Source: an uncultured Aeromicrobium sp. (GTDB lineage Bacteria; Actinomycetota; Actinomycetes; Propionibacteriales; Nocardioidaceae). From it: DNA of 57,154 nucleotides. Under the pieces are notes generated by a model that was given only the letters and a program-made list of their open reading frames with translations, ran no database searches and was not told the DNA's origin. Position numbers and translations under genes: made by a program. Position 1 is the stretch's first letter; each line of letters begins with the position of its first letter. Below, in pieces: positions 36,614 to 45,713 of this stretch. The stretch lies in NCBI GenBank assembly GCA_964464335.1, contig CAYXFT010000001.1, positions 260 through 57,413 of the forward strand. Direction: 5' to 3'.

Positions 36614-37417
36614 GTGGGACGTCTGAACGACAAGGTGGTGCTGGTGACCGGTGCGGCCGGTGGTCAGGGCGCGGCCGAGGCACGGCTGTTCGCCGAGGAG
36701 GAAGCGACCGTCGTCGTCGCCGACGTCCTGGTCGAGCAGGGTGAGGCGCTGGTCGCCGCACTGGTGGCCGCAGGCCATCGGGCCGTGTTCGTCGAGCTCG
36801 ACGTGGCGGACGAGGCACGCTGGGCCGAGGTGGTCGCACAGATCGAGGCCGACTTCGGCCGGCTCGACGTGCTGGTCAACAACGCCGGGATCTCCGACCG
36901 CCGGGGCGTCATGGAGCAGCCCGAGGAGGCCTTCGACCGGGTGCTCGCAATCAACCTCTGGGGTCCGGTCGCCGGCATGCAGGCGTGCGCACCGCTCATG
37001 GGCCGCACGGGCGGCGGGTCGATCGTCAACATCTCGTCGGTCGCCGGACTCACGGGCTACGACGCTGCCGGCTACACCTCGAGCAAATGGGGTCTGCGCG
37101 GCGTCACCAAGACCGGCGCCCTCGAGCTCGCGCCACTGGGCATCCGGGTCAACTCCGTCCACCCCGGCACGATCATCACGCCGATGCTCCGGTTCACCAC
37201 GACCGAGGTCATCGACAACTACGTCACGGTCAACCCCGACCCTCGGGCCGGCCAGCCCGAGGAGATCGCCCACACGGTGGTCCACCTGGCCATCGACGAG
37301 GTGTCGTCGTTCACGACCGGCGCCGAGATCGTCATCGACGGCGGATTCATCGCCGGCGGCGCGCATCGCGGTCAGGCACTGCGGACCACCGAACTCAAGG
37401 AGGCGGCCGATGTCTGA
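36614..37417 (+). CDS. SDR, 3-alpha(20-beta)-HSD-like (copy A2)
   Basis: TGAAGGQG, NNAG, YTSSKWGLRG; close paralogue of 34985. Confidence 0.92.
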   Translation: MGRLNDKVVLVTGAAGGQGAAEARLFAEEEATVVVADVLVEQGEALVAALVAAGHRAVFVELDVADEARWAEVVAQIEADFGRLDVLVNNAGISDRRGVMEQPEEAFDRVLAINLWGPVAGMQACAPLMGRTGGGSIVNISSVAGLTGYDAAGYTSSKWGLRGVTKTGALELAPLGIRVNSVHPGTIITPMLRFTTTEVIDNYVTVNPDPRAGQPEEIAHTVVHLAIDEVSSFTTGAEIVIDGGFIAGGAHRGQALRTTELKEAADV

Positions 37418-38225
37418 GCACGCTGTGTCGATGCGATCGCGCGCCGACCTGACCGGCAAGGTCGCCGTCGTCACCGGCGGCGGTCACGGGATGGGCGCCG
37501 AGCACGTGCGCACGCTGACCGCTCGAGGCGCATCGGTCCTGTTCACCGACCTGGACGAGGCGGCCGGCCGCCGGCTTGCGGACGAGGTGGCTGCCACCGG
37601 CGGCAACGCCGTGTTCGCGTCGGGCGACGTCCGCGACCTCCGCACCTGGGAATCGTGGCGCGACACGGCGCTCGATCGCTTCGGCTCGGTGCACGTGCTG
37701 GTGAACAATGCCGGCGTCTTCGGCGAGCAGACCATCCTCGGTATCGATCGCACGGCGTGGCAGCGCGTCGTCGACGTCAACCTGAAGGGTCCGTTCCTCG
37801 GCATGAAGACGTTCGCGCCCCTGATCCGCGACGCCGGTGGCGGCGCGATCGTCAACGTCTCCTCGGCGGCGGGCCTGGACCAGAACCCCGATCCGGCCTA
37901 CACCGCGAGCAAATGGGGTGTGCGCGGCCTGACCAAGATGGCGTCCCAGGAGTTCGGTCCGTGGGGCATCAGGGTCAACAGCATCCACCCCGGCTACATG
38001 CTGACCGCCATGACGGACTTCGCCCCCGACGCGATGCGTGCCGCCAAGATCGAGCTCACTCCGCTGCGCCGGGCGGGCGAGGCCTGGGAGGCCGCCGAAC
38101 TCGTGGCGTTCCTCGTCTCCGACGCGGCTGCCTTCATCACCGGCGCCGAGATCGCGATCGACGGCGGTTGGACCTCGGGATCCCAGGCCACCGAGGCCCG
38201 CAGGAGAAGCGCCACCGACGCGTGA
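37410..38225 (+). CDS. SDR, 3-alpha(20-beta)-HSD-like (copy B2)
   Basis: TGGGHGMG, NNAG, DPAYTASKWGVRG; close paralogue of 35803. Confidence 0.92.
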   Translation: MSEHAVSMRSRADLTGKVAVVTGGGHGMGAEHVRTLTARGASVLFTDLDEAAGRRLADEVAATGGNAVFASGDVRDLRTWESWRDTALDRFGSVHVLVNNAGVFGEQTILGIDRTAWQRVVDVNLKGPFLGMKTFAPLIRDAGGGAIVNVSSAAGLDQNPDPAYTASKWGVRGLTKMASQEFGPWGIRVNSIHPGYMLTAMTDFAPDAMRAAKIELTPLRRAGEAWEAAELVAFLVSDAAAFITGAEIAIDGGWTSGSQATEARRRSATDA

Positions 38226-38293
38226 CGCCTTCTCGCCTCGGCCCACGGCCACCGATCACCCCCTTTATCCGCCATCACGATGGAGATGTGGAC

Positions 38294-38752
38294 ATGAAAC
38301 TGGAACGCATGGAACTGCTCGGGCTCGAAGTATCGGACCTGGACGCGGCGATCAAGAAGTTCTCCGACCTCCTCGGGGCCGAGTTCGTCCGGATCGAGTT
38401 CGACGACACCGAGGTGATCGAGGAGTTGCCTGCCGACGAGCCGCCCAGCGCCCAGGGCACCCGGATGAGCATGGCGATGGACCGACTCGGTTACATGGAG
38501 CTGATCCAGTCCCATCCGCCGACCACCCACGAGCGGGTGCGCAACATTCACTTCAAGGTCGACGACATCGAAGAGGCCATCGTGGAAATGCGCGCGAAGG
38601 GCTATCGACTGGTGTCCAACGTGCGCATCGGCCGGATGCGCGAAGCCGTCTGGGGCGCCCGGGAGGCCCACGGCCTGCGCATGTGCATGGTGCAGTACGA
38701 CGGTCCGAGCATGATCGACGCGATGCTCGACGGAGGCCCGATTCCGGTCTGA
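38294..38752 (+). CDS. VOC/glyoxalase-fold protein (methylmalonyl-CoA epimerase-like)
   Basis: VSDLDAAIKKFSDLLG, MELIQ, IHFKVDDIEEAI..MRAKG. Confidence 0.82.
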   Translation: MKLERMELLGLEVSDLDAAIKKFSDLLGAEFVRIEFDDTEVIEELPADEPPSAQGTRMSMAMDRLGYMELIQSHPPTTHERVRNIHFKVDDIEEAIVEMRAKGYRLVSNVRIGRMREAVWGAREAHGLRMCMVQYDGPSMIDAMLDGGPIPV

Positions 38753-38765
38753 CGCACGACGAAAC

Positions 38766-38799
38766 GAACGGCCCGACCACCTCGGTGGTCGGGCCGTTC
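38766..38799. terminator. Hairpin between convergent operons
   Basis: GAACGGCCCGACCAC-CTCG-GTGGTCGGGCCGTTC, perfect 15-bp stem. Confidence 0.8.
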
Positions 38800-38833
38800 T
38801 CTCATCGACGGGCGGAGGAGTGCCGCCGACGCG

Positions 38834-39760
38834 TCACGGCGACTCGGGAAGGGCCCCGGCCGCCACAGCCATACGGCGCAACAGCGCCATCTCGTCGGTG
38901 CCGCTGTCGAACACCTGGAGCGTGTCGAGATCGCGGATCTGATCGATGTGCTCGAGCACGTCGTCGGCCGAGGCGGGGCCCTTCGGCGTGATCCAGCCCT
39001 CGTTGACGCCGACCACGTACCGCGCGAAGCGGCCGCCGGCGGCCGAGAAGATCTCATGCGTCTGCGTGCACTGCGGCGATGCCAGGTACACGGCCATCGC
39101 GGCCACCTGCACCGGATCGAGCAGATCGTCCATCTCGCCCAGCAGTCCATCGGTCATGCGGGTGCGGGCACCCGGAGCGATCGCGTTGGCGAGGATGCCG
39201 TGCTTGGCGCCCTCGATCGCGGCGACGTGCATCAGCCCGATCAGACCCGTCTTGGCCGCGCCGTAGTTGGCCTGACCGAAGTTGCCGAGCAGGCCCGACG
39301 ACGACGACGTCATGACCAGACGGCCGTAGCGCGCCTCCTTCATCCGGGCGAACGCCGGGATGGTGACGTTGAACCCGCCCTTGAGGTGCACGTCGAGGAC
39401 GGCGTCGACCTCCTCGGACGTCAACTTGTTGAGCGAGCGGTCGCGGAGGATGCCGGCGTTGTGGATGACTGCGTCGACGCTGCCGAAGGCGTCCATCGAC
39501 GCATCCACGATCGCCTGACCACCCTCGGGGGTCGAGACGCTGTCGTAGCAGGCTGCGGCCTCACCGCCGGACTCCTTGATCTCCCGGACCACGGCGTCGG
39601 CCATGCTCGAGTTGCCGCCGTCCCCGTTGACGGTGCCGCCCAGATCGTTGACCAGGACACGGGCGCCGTGACGGGCCAGGGCCAGGGCGTACTCGCGGCC
39701 CAGACCCCCTCCTGCACCGGTGACGATGACGGAACGACCTTCGTACTCGACCAAGCTCAT
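38834..39760 (-). CDS. SDR of the MFE-2/(3R)-hydroxyacyl-CoA dehydrogenase-like group (Rv0148-like)
   Basis: TGAGGGLGREYA, VNDLGG, NAGILRD, GNFGQANYGAAK. Confidence 0.92.
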   Translation of the reverse strand: MSLVEYEGRSVIVTGAGGGLGREYALALARHGARVLVNDLGGTVNGDGGNSSMADAVVREIKESGGEAAACYDSVSTPEGGQAIVDASMDAFGSVDAVIHNAGILRDRSLNKLTSEEVDAVLDVHLKGGFNVTIPAFARMKEARYGRLVMTSSSSGLLGNFGQANYGAAKTGLIGLMHVAAIEGAKHGILANAIAPGARTRMTDGLLGEMDDLLDPVQVAAMAVYLASPQCTQTHEIFSAAGGRFARYVVGVNEGWITPKGPASADDVLEHIDQIRDLDTLQVFDSGTDEMALLRRMAVAAGALPESP

Positions 39761-39790
39761 GGGTGACTCTCTCCTTGGGTTCTTCGTGGA

Positions 39791-41356
39791 TCAGAGGATG
39801 CGGGACTCGTGGCCGGTCCAGTACTTGTCGCGCAGCGGGGCCTTGTAGAGCTTCCCGGTGGGCGACCTCGGGAACTCCTGGAGGAAGTCGATGGACCGCG
39901 GGATCTTGAACCGGGCAAGGTGCTCAGCGCAGTGCCGGAGCAGTTCGGCGGTCATCTCAGCGTGGTCGCGCGACGGGTCGACCAGTTGGACGACCGCCTT
40001 GACCTCCTCGCCGAGGTCCTCGTTCGGGACACCGAAAACGGCCACGTCCTGCACCTCGGGGTGCAGCACCATCGCGTTCTCGATCTCCTGCGGGTAGATG
40101 TTCACGCCGCCAGCGATGATCATGAACGACTCACGGTCCGCGAGGTAGAGGTAGCCCTCGTCGTCGAGTCGGCCGAGATCGCCCAGCGCCGTCCAGTTGG
40201 GGTGGTCGGGGTGGTGCGCCGCGGCGGTCTTGTCCGGCTCGCCGTAGTACTGGAAGCCCGCGACGACCTCGTTGGTCTCGAAGTAGATCCGACCGACCTC
40301 GCCGGCGGGCAGCTCCTCGCCGTCGGGACCGCAGATGTGGATCGTCGACTCGAGCGCGGCCTGGCCGACGGAGCCGGGGTGCTTGAGGAACTCCTCCGAC
40401 GTGATGACCGTGGCACCCGTGTCCTCGGTGCCGGCGTAGTACTCATGGACGATCGGGCCGAGCCAGTCGATCATCGCCTGCTTGATCTCGACCGAGCACG
40501 GGGCGGCGCCCGTGATCACATACTCGAGACTCGACAGGTCGTACTTCTCGCGCACCTCGGCCGGCAGCTTGAGCATGCGGCTGAACATCGTCGCGACGAA
40601 CTGCGCGTGCGTGACCCGGTGCTTCTCGATCAGCGCGAGCGCCTGCTCCGCATCGAACTTCTCCATCATCACGACGGTCGCGCCGAGCGCCATCGAGTCC
40701 GTGCTGAACAGTAGAGGCGCCGAGTGATAGATCGGGGCGGGCGACAGGTACACCGTCTCGGGGCCCATCCCATAGAGCGTCTCGTAGACGGGGACCAGCG
40801 CGGGCTTGCCCTCCTGGACCGTTCGCCCGGTCAGCGGACGCCAGACGCCCTTCGGCCGGCCCGTACTGCCCGAGCTGTAGAGCATCGTGCGCCCGAGCGG
40901 CTCCTCGGCGAGCTTCTCGGCCGGGAACGCCGCGACGGCCTCGTCATAGTCCTCGTACTCCGGCACCGTCCCGTCGACCATGAGGCGACGGCGCACCTTC
41001 GGCGTCAACGGCACGACCGCCGACGCAAGATCGCTCTTGTACGCCGACATGATCAGCACCTGGGCGTCGCAGTCGTCGATGATGTACCCGGCCTCGCTGG
41101 GGGTCAGGTAACGGTTGACGGCCGTCAGGTAGAGACCCGAGCGGAACGCCGCCCAGAACACCTCGATGTAGCGGATGTGGTTCTCCATGAGGATCGCCAC
41201 GTGGTCACCGGGGCGCAGGCCCTCGGACCAGAACAGTTGCGCGAGGCGCCGGGAACTCTCGTCCAACTCCGCGAACGTTTGGCGCTCACCGCTCGCGCCC
41301 ATGATGATCGCGGGACGGTCTGGCGTGCGGAGTGCGTGGGACGCGGGATCGTACAT
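39791..41356 (-). CDS. AMP-forming acyl-CoA synthetase (FadD4-like)
   Basis: MLYSSGSTGRPKG, PIYHSAP, EYYAGTE, GDLG, GGVNIYPQEIE, PTGKL. Confidence 0.93.
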   Translation of the reverse strand: MYDPASHALRTPDRPAIIMGASGERQTFAELDESSRRLAQLFWSEGLRPGDHVAILMENHIRYIEVFWAAFRSGLYLTAVNRYLTPSEAGYIIDDCDAQVLIMSAYKSDLASAVVPLTPKVRRRLMVDGTVPEYEDYDEAVAAFPAEKLAEEPLGRTMLYSSGSTGRPKGVWRPLTGRTVQEGKPALVPVYETLYGMGPETVYLSPAPIYHSAPLLFSTDSMALGATVVMMEKFDAEQALALIEKHRVTHAQFVATMFSRMLKLPAEVREKYDLSSLEYVITGAAPCSVEIKQAMIDWLGPIVHEYYAGTEDTGATVITSEEFLKHPGSVGQAALESTIHICGPDGEELPAGEVGRIYFETNEVVAGFQYYGEPDKTAAAHHPDHPNWTALGDLGRLDDEGYLYLADRESFMIIAGGVNIYPQEIENAMVLHPEVQDVAVFGVPNEDLGEEVKAVVQLVDPSRDHAEMTAELLRHCAEHLARFKIPRSIDFLQEFPRSPTGKLYKAPLRDKYWTGHESRIL

Positions 41357-41420
41357 GCGGTGCTTCGCCTTTCGTCCGGGGGAATTTCGCTGGAGACAGG
41401 CCTCATTGCGAATCTCTGGT

Positions 41421-41433
41421 CATTATTATAATG
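41421..41433. promoter_or_regulatory. Palindrome giving TATAAT -10 boxes on both strands in a divergent region
   Basis: CATTAT-T-ATAATG; TATAAT on + at 41427-41432 and on - at 41430-41425. Confidence 0.55.
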
Positions 41434-41470
41434 TAATCGCGATCACACCGCTAGAGCCTCAGGAGCCCTC

Positions 41471-42634
41471 ATGCCCGAAGCAGTCATCGTCGCCGCCGCC
41501 CGTACCCCCATCGGCCGCGCGTTCAAGGGATCGCTGACGACCGTCCGTGCCGACGACCTCGCCGGCGGCATCATCGATGCGGTCATGAACAAGGTGCCGC
41601 AACTCGACCGGGCCGAGATCGTCGACGTCATGATGGGTGCCGCGAGTCATGCGGGCGAGCAAGGCATGAACGTGGGCCGCAATGCCGCGGCGCTCGGCGG
41701 GCTGCCGAGTTCCGTTCCGGGGACCACGATCAACCGTGGTTGCGGCTCCTCCCTCCAGACCATCCGCATGGCGCATCAGGCGATTGCCACGGGCGAAGGC
41801 GACGCCTTCGTCGCGGCCGGAGTCGAGAGCGTCAGCCGCGCGCCGGGCTTCTACGACGAGGAAGCGATGAACCCGCGCTTCCAGGACACCAACCGCTCCG
41901 ACTACGTCAATGACATGTACATCCCGATGGGACAGACGGCGGAGAACGTCGCCGCGAAATGGGGCCTGTCGCGCCAGGAGCTCGACGAGTTCGCACTCCT
42001 TTCGCAGCAACGTGCGGCGAAGGCGATCGAGACAGGGTTCTTCGCTCGCGAGATCACGCCGGTCACGTTGCCCGACGGCAGGATCGTCGATCGCGACGAC
42101 TGCCCGCGGCCGCAGACGACTCTCGAGGGCCTGGCGAAGCTCACGCCGTCGTTCCGCGAGAACGGCGTGGTGACCGCCGGCAACTCGTGCCCGCTCAACG
42201 ACGGCGCTGCCGCGGTCGTCGTGATGTCCGACGTGCGCGCGAGAGAGCTCGGCATCACGCCGCTGGCACGCATCATCGGCTCGGCCGTCACCGGGCTCGA
42301 GCCCGAGCTCATGGGCGTCGGCCCGATCGGAGCGGTCGGCCAGCTGCTCGAGCGGCACGGCATGAAGATCAACGACGTCGACGTCGTCGAACTCAACGAG
42401 GCCTTCGCAGCTCAGGTGCTACCGATCTGCTCCGAGTTGGGCATCTCGATCGAGGACCAACTGAACCCGCACGGCGGGAGCATCGCCGTCGGACATCCGT
42501 TCGGCATGACCGGAGCTCGGATCATGACGACGCTGATCAACGATCTGCAGACGCTCGACAAGCAGATCGGCATCGAGACGATGTGCATCGGCGGCGGCAT
42601 GGGCATCGCCATGATGATCGAGCGCCTGTCCTGA
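41471..42634 (+). CDS. Acetyl-CoA C-acyltransferase (canonical thiolase)
   Basis: NRGCGSS, NEAF, GHPFG, CIGGG; full catalytic set. Confidence 0.95.
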   Translation: MPEAVIVAAARTPIGRAFKGSLTTVRADDLAGGIIDAVMNKVPQLDRAEIVDVMMGAASHAGEQGMNVGRNAAALGGLPSSVPGTTINRGCGSSLQTIRMAHQAIATGEGDAFVAAGVESVSRAPGFYDEEAMNPRFQDTNRSDYVNDMYIPMGQTAENVAAKWGLSRQELDEFALLSQQRAAKAIETGFFAREITPVTLPDGRIVDRDDCPRPQTTLEGLAKLTPSFRENGVVTAGNSCPLNDGAAAVVVMSDVRARELGITPLARIIGSAVTGLEPELMGVGPIGAVGQLLERHGMKINDVDVVELNEAFAAQVLPICSELGISIEDQLNPHGGSIAVGHPFGMTGARIMTTLINDLQTLDKQIGIETMCIGGGMGIAMMIERLS

Positions 42635-42636
42635 CG

Positions 42637-43404
42637 ATGGAACTCACGTCGATCCGGCTCGACGTCGCCGGCCCCGTCGCGGTCGTCACCCTCGCACGGC
42701 CGGAGAAGCTCAACGCGCTGAGCACGGTGCTCATCGCGGAGTTGATCGACGTCGTCGATCAACTGACGGCGGACCCGTCCGTCCGCTGTCTCGTACTGGC
42801 CGGCGAGGGTCGGATGTTCTCGGCGGGCGCCGACGTCGAGGAGTTCCGGGCGGCATTCGGAGCGGGCGAGGTCGATGCAGGCGCGACCGAGGCCGAAGCG
42901 CGCGTCGGCACCCGGCTCACGAGGGCCCTGGCCGCGCCGGAACTGATCACGATCGCCGCGATCGGTGGCGCCGCGATCGGTGGCGGCGCCGCGCTGGTCG
43001 CCGCGTGCGACCTGCGCGTCATGGCTGAGGGCTCACGCATCGTGATCCCCGAGCTGATCATGGGCTTTCCGCTCGCGTGGTCCGGCATGGAGCCGTTCGT
43101 CCGCGACCTCGGACCTTCGGTCGTCCGCGACCTGGTCCTGACCTGTCGCCCCCTCGGTGCCGACGAGGCACTGGCGCGGGGCTTCGCCTGCCGCGTCGTC
43201 CCGGGAGACGAACTGCTCGCCACGGCGCGTGAACTCGCAGAGCTGGCCGCATCGCGACCGGTGTTCGGCGCGACCGCCGCCCTCCGTCGCATCGCGGCCC
43301 TGGCCGCCGGCGCGCCGACCGACGACGATGCCGTCACACTCGCGGAGGCGGCCACCGATCCTGAGGCGATGGCGGCCACCCGCGCCTACCTCGACTCCCT
43401 CTGA
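42637..43404 (+). CDS. Crotonase-family protein (one canonical Glu)
   Basis: RPEKLNA, FSAGAD, GGGAAL, IPELIMG. Confidence 0.9.
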   Translation: MELTSIRLDVAGPVAVVTLARPEKLNALSTVLIAELIDVVDQLTADPSVRCLVLAGEGRMFSAGADVEEFRAAFGAGEVDAGATEAEARVGTRLTRALAAPELITIAAIGGAAIGGGAALVAACDLRVMAEGSRIVIPELIMGFPLAWSGMEPFVRDLGPSVVRDLVLTCRPLGADEALARGFACRVVPGDELLATARELAELAASRPVFGATAALRRIAALAAGAPTDDDAVTLAEAATDPEAMAATRAYLDSL

Positions 43405-43428
43405 ACCACGAACCGACCAGGAGCAGCG

Positions 43429-44046
43429 ATGGACCTCTTCGAAGCGATCCGCACGACCCGCGCGATGCGGCGGCTCGACGCCGAGCAGGACGTGTCGGAC
43501 GAGGACGTCCGCACGATCCTCGAGGCCGCCCTGAAGGGCCCGACGGGCGGCAACCAGCAGCCGATCCGCTGGCTCGTCATCCGGGACGCCGAGACCAAGA
43601 AGAAGCTCCAGGAGATCTACCAGCGTTGCTGGGACAAGGGCCGCAAGCCGTACGAGGCCGAGCCGGGCAAGGTTGCCCCGAACGTCCTCAGCTCGGCCGA
43701 CCATCTCGCGGCGAACCTGCACCTGGCCCCCGTCATCATCCTGGCTTGCGCCGACACCGGATCGGAGGGCAAGCGCCACCACGCCTCGGTCTACCCGGCG
43801 GTGCAGAACCTGCTGCTCGCCGCGCGTGCGCTCGGGCTCGGCACCACCTTGACGACGGCCCACCTCTTCGAGGAGGACGCGGTCAAGGAGGTGCTCGGCA
43901 TCCCCGACCACGTCACGACCTACGCGCTCATCCCGGTCGGCTACCCGACCGGAAAGTGGGGTGAGGCGAAACGCCGGCCCCTCGACGAGGTGAGCTATCA
44001 CGACCGATGGGGTCAGCCCGGCCCCTACCCGTCCACGGGGTCATGA
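43429..44046 (+). CDS. Nitroreductase-family protein
   Basis: AIRTTRAMR, PTGGNQQP, QNLLLAARALGLG, PVGYP. Confidence 0.92.
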   Translation: MDLFEAIRTTRAMRRLDAEQDVSDEDVRTILEAALKGPTGGNQQPIRWLVIRDAETKKKLQEIYQRCWDKGRKPYEAEPGKVAPNVLSSADHLAANLHLAPVIILACADTGSEGKRHHASVYPAVQNLLLAARALGLGTTLTTAHLFEEDAVKEVLGIPDHVTTYALIPVGYPTGKWGEAKRRPLDEVSYHDRWGQPGPYPSTGS

Positions 44047-45629
44047 CCTCCGCGGACCACGAGCCCGCGGAGGTGCTCGACGGGCTGACGATCGGTGACC
44101 TGCTCGAGCGGGCCTCACGACGGTGGCCCGACCGCCTGGCCTACGTCCACGAAGACCGCCGTCTCACGTGGTCCGCACTGTTCGAGGAGGTCGACCGCCA
44201 CACGCGCGCGTTCATGGCGTGGGGCGTGCAGCCCGGCGACCGCGTCTCGGTCTGGATGGGCAACACGCTGCCGTGGATCCTGGTCGAGCTCGGCCTCATC
44301 CGGGCGGGGGCCGTCGTGGTGCCCGTCAACACGGGCTTCACGGTCGCCGAGGCCGCCTACGTCGTCGGCCAGTCGGACTCGGTCATGCTCGTGTCGGCCA
44401 CGGCCCTACGCGGTCGCGATTTCGCCACGGAGTCACTGCTCGTCGCACAGCACGACGACGTGTCCGTCCGGGCCGTCGTGTCCGTCGGCACGACCGACGC
44501 CGCGACGACCGATCTCGACGACCTGTTGGCCGGTGCCGACGCGGTCACCCGGCAGCAGGCCGCCGACCGCGCCGCGTCGATCGAACCCGACGACATCATG
44601 CTGACGCTCTACACGTCAGGCACGACGGGCTTCCCGAAGGGAGTCATGCACTCGCACCGAGTGATCGGCAACATGACCGACGCCGCCGACCGGCTCGAAC
44701 TGACGCAGGACGACGTCACCGTCATGTACCTGCCCCTGTTCCACATCTTCGCCCTCGCCGCGACCGTCACCTTCATGACGCGCGGCGCCGCGATGGTCCT
44801 GCTCGAGGTGTTCGACGGCGGTGCCTCGCTCGACCTGATGGAGCGGGAGCGGGTGACCGTCGCCTACGGCGTGGCTCCCCATTACCTCGACCAGATCCGG
44901 CACCCGTCCTTCGAGGGTCGCGACCTGTCGTCGCTGCGCCTCTGCCTGTCGCCGGGCTCGGCGGACCTCGTGCGTCTCGTGACCGAGCGGATGGGCCCGG
45001 CGATCGGCGTCTACGGGATGACCGAGACGACGTCCATGACGTCGCTCGGCTGGGTGCACGACCCGCTCGACGTGCGCGCCGAGACCGTCGGTCGCACCCT
45101 TCCCCGCTCGAGGGTCAAGGTCGTCGACGAGCACGGTGCGGAAGTGCCGCCGGGGGTCGTGGGGCACCTACTCGTCCAGGGGCCCCCGGTCATGCAGGGC
45201 TACTACAAGAACCCCGAGGCCACGGCTGCGGCGATCGTGGACGGCTGGTTCCACACCGGCGACGCCCTGGCGATCGACGACGAGGGCTACCTGCGCTTCG
45301 TCGGCCGCATCAACGAGATGTTCAAGGTCGGCGGCGAGAACGTCGACCCGATCGAGGTCGAGTCCGTGCTGATGCGACACCCCGCCGTGGCGTTCGCCTC
45401 CGTCCAGGGCGTGCCGGACGAACGGATGGGCGACGTCGGTCTCGCCCACGTGACGCTGGTCCCGGGGGAGTTCGTCGGCGCCGACACGCTGCGCCAGTTC
45501 GCCCGCGACCAGTTGGCCGCGTTCAAGGTCCCCCGGCACGTCCTCGTGGTCGACACGATGCCGATGACCGAGAGCGGCAAGGTGCGAAAGTTCCTGCTCC
45601 GCGACCAGTTCCTGGCGTCTCGGGGCTGA
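44043..45629 (+). CDS. AMP-forming acyl-CoA synthetase
   Basis: YTSGTTGFPKG, PLFH, YGMTE, FHTGD, GGENV, SGKV; ATGA overlap. Confidence 0.93.
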   Translation: MTSADHEPAEVLDGLTIGDLLERASRRWPDRLAYVHEDRRLTWSALFEEVDRHTRAFMAWGVQPGDRVSVWMGNTLPWILVELGLIRAGAVVVPVNTGFTVAEAAYVVGQSDSVMLVSATALRGRDFATESLLVAQHDDVSVRAVVSVGTTDAATTDLDDLLAGADAVTRQQAADRAASIEPDDIMLTLYTSGTTGFPKGVMHSHRVIGNMTDAADRLELTQDDVTVMYLPLFHIFALAATVTFMTRGAAMVLLEVFDGGASLDLMERERVTVAYGVAPHYLDQIRHPSFEGRDLSSLRLCLSPGSADLVRLVTERMGPAIGVYGMTETTSMTSLGWVHDPLDVRAETVGRTLPRSRVKVVDEHGAEVPPGVVGHLLVQGPPVMQGYYKNPEATAAAIVDGWFHTGDALAIDDEGYLRFVGRINEMFKVGGENVDPIEVESVLMRHPAVAFASVQGVPDERMGDVGLAHVTLVPGEFVGADTLRQFARDQLAAFKVPRHVLVVDTMPMTESGKVRKFLLRDQFLASRG

Positions 45630-45673
45630 ACGGACGGAGGTGTGACATGGGACACATTGCTGTCCCTGCACTT

Positions 45674-45694
45674 TTTAATCTATTTTAGATTCAA
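45674..45694. promoter_or_regulatory. Inverted repeat upstream of BVMO-TetR-MFS; probable TetR operator
   Basis: TTTAATCTA-TTT-TAGATTCAA, 9-bp arms with one mismatch. Confidence 0.6.
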
Positions 45695-45713
45695 TGAATA
45701 TGGAGTGTGCCCG

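Larger units (their letters stand above)
34985..38225 (+). repeat. Diverged tandem duplication of a two-SDR unit (about 1.6 kb period)
   Basis: 45-nt identity 35182-35226 = 36787-36831; 41-nt identity 36196-36236 = 37830-37870. Confidence 0.85.

Noticed and set aside
14259..38799. GC-rich hairpins at 14259, 31389 and 38766 as a repeat family
   Set aside because: Sequences are unrelated; positions fit ordinary terminators or an mRNA-stabilising stem
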